The notes under the pieces are model-generated. The model had not been told where the DNA came from. It saw only the letters and a program-made list of their open reading frames with translations, and made no database searches. Made by a program: the position numbers and the translations under genes. A DNA stretch of 64,000 bases from the human T2T-CHM13v2.0 reference genome, Homo sapiens: assembly GCF_009914755.1 (NCBI RefSeq), contig NC_060948.1, one strand, 5' to 3'. The first letter of the stretch is position 1; every line of letters begins with the position of its first letter. Shown here in pieces: positions 59,048 to 64,000 of the stretch.

Positions 59048-61152
59048 AGATCCATATTTTTTAAATGAAAAAAAATTTCAAAGGTACTCTGCTTGGTACA
59101 ATAATCAAATGTATAAACTGAGGAATAAAACATAACCATGAAACCTACTTATAACTGCATATGGAAAATACAGAGGATAATTTTTTAAATAACATATTTT
59201 GAAAGCCTTAACTAGTAATTTGAAGAGTTGGCATTTGAAAGGCCAGTATGAATATACCTTCAAAGCAGCAACACAGGTTCCCCATGAGAAAAAGCAAACA
59301 CAGGGAAAATAAAAACACAAAGGTTCAATCTCTTCTGACCTTTGAAAGACACAGCACAGACAGTGGTCCTTAGGACGAAGAGCAGGAGACCCCTAATTCC
59401 GTCACCATGGCGATAGGGCATAAACATTGCTGGGTGAGGGCACAATCCACATTGTGAGGTCCAACTGCTGCCAGGAAGACAGGAGTGCTTTTACATAGAC
59501 CGAAAGGTCATTGAAGGCTCAGAGTTTTGTTTCAAGAACTGAATCCCAAGCCCACACGATATTAGGCTGCGCTTCTTAAAACAAGTTATGAGATGGGAAA
59601 AAGGGCACCCACAAACATACGTATACATTATGTATATAATAATATACAGTATCATATATATAATATATATAACCTATGTATAATATTGTTTTACATCCTG
59701 CATCTTATGTTATATATATTGTATAAAATATAATAATTGATAATATATAAGTTTTATATTTATACAATATGACATATAGTATATATTATAATTTATGACA
59801 TATATAATATATGTTATATATCATATATAGAATATATTATACGGTTAATATACGTATTAAATATAAATTATACATTATATATATTGTATATAATATATCT
59901 GTTATATATAATACCCATTATGCATAATATATATATTATGTCTACGTTATATATAGTATAAAACAACATATAATAATATATAATTGTATATATAAAATGC
60001 GACATATAATATATATTATATTTTATAACATATGTAATATATATTATATATTATATATAATACGTTGTATGTATAATACCTATATTAAATATATATTATA
60101 TGACTATGTTATTAATTACATGTCACATGTGTTATATATTATATATTTCACATAGAATATACCGGTTACATATAATATATACCATGTTACCTATAATGTA
60201 TAATTTATTACATGTAAAATAAAGAATGCAATATATTATGAATAATTTATAATATACAATACGTGGAATGTGATATATGTAACATATAATATATGATATA
60301 TGATATACAGTATATGATATATAACATACAATATATGATTCCTAATATATATGGTATACAATATATATTTTATGATATGTATTCTATATGTTTTATATTC
60401 TGTTATATATAACTATTTGAAATTATATATAACTGTATAATATTTTATGTAAATATGTAATATAATATATATAACTATATAATATATTATATATAACTAT
60501 ATATTATGTTATATATACTTTTATAACATAATTTACATAAAATATCATAACATAATATATATTATATTATTTCATATTACATAATATATATTACATATCA
60601 CCCAATATAACTAACATACATAATATTATAATATAGATTATATTATGTTATATTAAATATCATATATATCTTGTATCATATATTCTATAATATATATTAC
60701 ACATTATATAATATGTATGTTGTCTATTATGTGATATATATAACTATATATATAATTATATTTTTATACATATAACTAGATAAACATGTAATTCTACATA
60801 TTTTCATTTATAATATGTAGAATTATATAATCATATATAATTATTTATATTCTATAAAAAATTTTATCATTATATAAATTATAATATATAAAAATTATAA
60901 TATGTACTACAAATATATATATTATATATCATATATGATATAGTACCTTTGTTATATATCATAATACATATAAATGTGTATTATGTTATCTATAATTATA
61001 TAATTTCATATATAAGATGTATAATATGTATCATATATTATATATGTTATGTAATATATATAGTATATATAAGATGACACAGGATAAATATTATATACTA
61101 TGACATATAAAATATATCAGGTTATATGTTACATATAAGGCATAGCACATAA

Positions 61153-61467
<315 letters not shown>

Positions 61468-63595
61468 AGATCCATATTTTTTAAATGAAAAAAAATTTCA
61501 AAGGTACTCTGCTTGGTACAATAATCAAATGTATAAACTGAGGAATAAAACATAACCATGAAACCTACTTATAACTGCATATGGAAAATACAGAGGATAA
61601 TTTTTTAAATAACATATTTTGAAAGCCTTAACTAGTAATTTGAAGAGTTGGCATTTGAAAGGCCAGTATGAATATACCTTCAAAGCAGCAACACAGGTTC
61701 CCCATGAGAAAAAGCAAACACAGGGAAAATAAAAACACAAAGGTTCAATCTCTTCTGACCTTTGAAAGACACAGCACAGACAGTGGTCCTTAGGACGAAG
61801 AGCAGGAGACCCCTAATTCCGTCACCATGGCGGTAGGGCATAAACATTGCTGGGTGAGGGCACAATCCACATTGTGAGGTCCAACTGCTGCCAGGAAGAC
61901 AGGAGTGCTTTTACATAGACCGAAAGGTCATTGAAGGCTCAGAGTTTTGTTTCAAGAACTGAATCCCAAGCCCACACGTTATTAGGCTGCGCTTCTTAAA
62001 ACAAGTTATGAGATGGGAAAAAGGGCACCCACAAACATACGTATACATTATGTATATAATAATATACAGTATCATATATATAATATATATAACCTATGTA
62101 TAATATTGTTTTACATCCTGCATCTTATGTTATATATATTGTATAAAATATAACAATTGATAATATATAATTTTTATATTTATACAATATGACATATAGT
62201 ATATATTATAATTTATGACATATATAATATATGCTATATATCATATATAGAATATATTATACGGTTAATATACGTATTAAATATAAATTATACATTATAT
62301 ATATTATATATAATATATCTGCTATATATAATACCCATTATGCATAATATATATATTATGTCTATGTTATATATAGTATAAAACAACATATAATAATAAA
62401 TAATTGTATATATATAATGCGACATATAATATATATTATATTTTATGACATATGTAATATATATTATATATTAGATATAATGCGTTGTATGTATAATACC
62501 TATATTAAATATATATTATATGACTATGTTATTAATTACATGTCACATGTGTTATATATTATTCATTTTACACAGAATATACCGGTTACATACAATATAT
62601 ACTATGTTACCTACAATTTATAATTTATTACATGTAAAATAAAGAATGCAATATATTATGTATAATTTATAATATACAATATGTGGAAGGTGATATATAT
62701 AACATATAATATATGATATATGATATACAGTATATGATATATAACATACAATATATGATACCTAATATATATGGTATACAATATATATTTTATGATATGT
62801 ATTCTCTATGTTTTACATTCTGTTATATATATCTATTTGAAATTATATATAACTGTATAATATTTTATGTAAATATGTAATATAATATATATAAAAATAT
62901 AATATATTATATATAACTATATATTATGTTATATATACTTTTATAACATAATTTAAATAAAATATCATAATATAATATATATTATATTATTTCATATTAC
63001 ATAATATATATTACATATCACCCAATATAAGTAACATACATAATATTATAATATAGATTATATTATGTTATATTAAATATCATATATATCACGTATCATA
63101 TATTCTATAATATATATTATACATTATATAATATGTATGTTGTCTATTATGTGATATATATAACTATATATATAATTATATTACTATACATATTACTAGA
63201 TAAACATGTAATTCTACATATTTTCATTTATAATATATAGAATTATATAATCATATATAATTATTTATATTCTATAAAAAATTATATCATTATATAAATT
63301 ATAATATATAAAAATTATAATATGTACTACAAATATATATATTATATATCATATATGATATAGTAACTTTGTTATATATCATAATACATATAAATGTGTA
63401 TTATGTTATCTATAATTATATAATTTCATATATAAGATGTATAATATGTATTATATATTATATATGTTATGTAATATATATAGTATATATAAGATGGCAC
63501 AGGATAAATATTATATACTATGACATATAAAATATATGAGGTTATATATTACATATAAGGCATAGCACATAACATGTAATATATATCATATATAA

Positions 63596-63887
<292 letters not shown>

Positions 63888-64000
63888 AGATCCATATTTT
63901 TTAAATGAAAAAAAATTTCAAATGTACTCTGCTTGGTACAATAATCAAATGTATAAACTGAGGAATAAAACATAACCATGAAACCTACTTATAACTGCAT

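Overview
The whole 64 kb window is one head-to-tail tandem array of a ~2.42 kb composite satellite (about 26.5 units, 27 Alu copies, all in one orientation). Each unit has three parts: a ~1.56 kb degenerate (TA)-rich domain, a ~290 bp minus-strand Alu lacking ~12 nt at its 5' end and carrying an internal 16-bp duplication, and a ~570 bp non-repetitive HSATI-type segment. The unit length, this composition and the predicted ~2.15 kb HaeIII fragment match human DYZ2/HSat1B of Yq12 heterochromatin. I see no credible protein-coding gene, RNA gene or new biological system; the supplied ORFs are artefacts that recur at the unit period. The interesting signal is in array evolution, read by eye from shared SNVs and indels: a very homogeneous left block, several ~4.83-4.84 kb two-unit duplications, a divergent central subfamily with a nested A-B-B-B-A-B history, mosaic units, and a divergent last unit. 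The Alu also shows AluS/Sc-like rather than AluY diagnostics and sits next to a possible L1-endonuclease target site.
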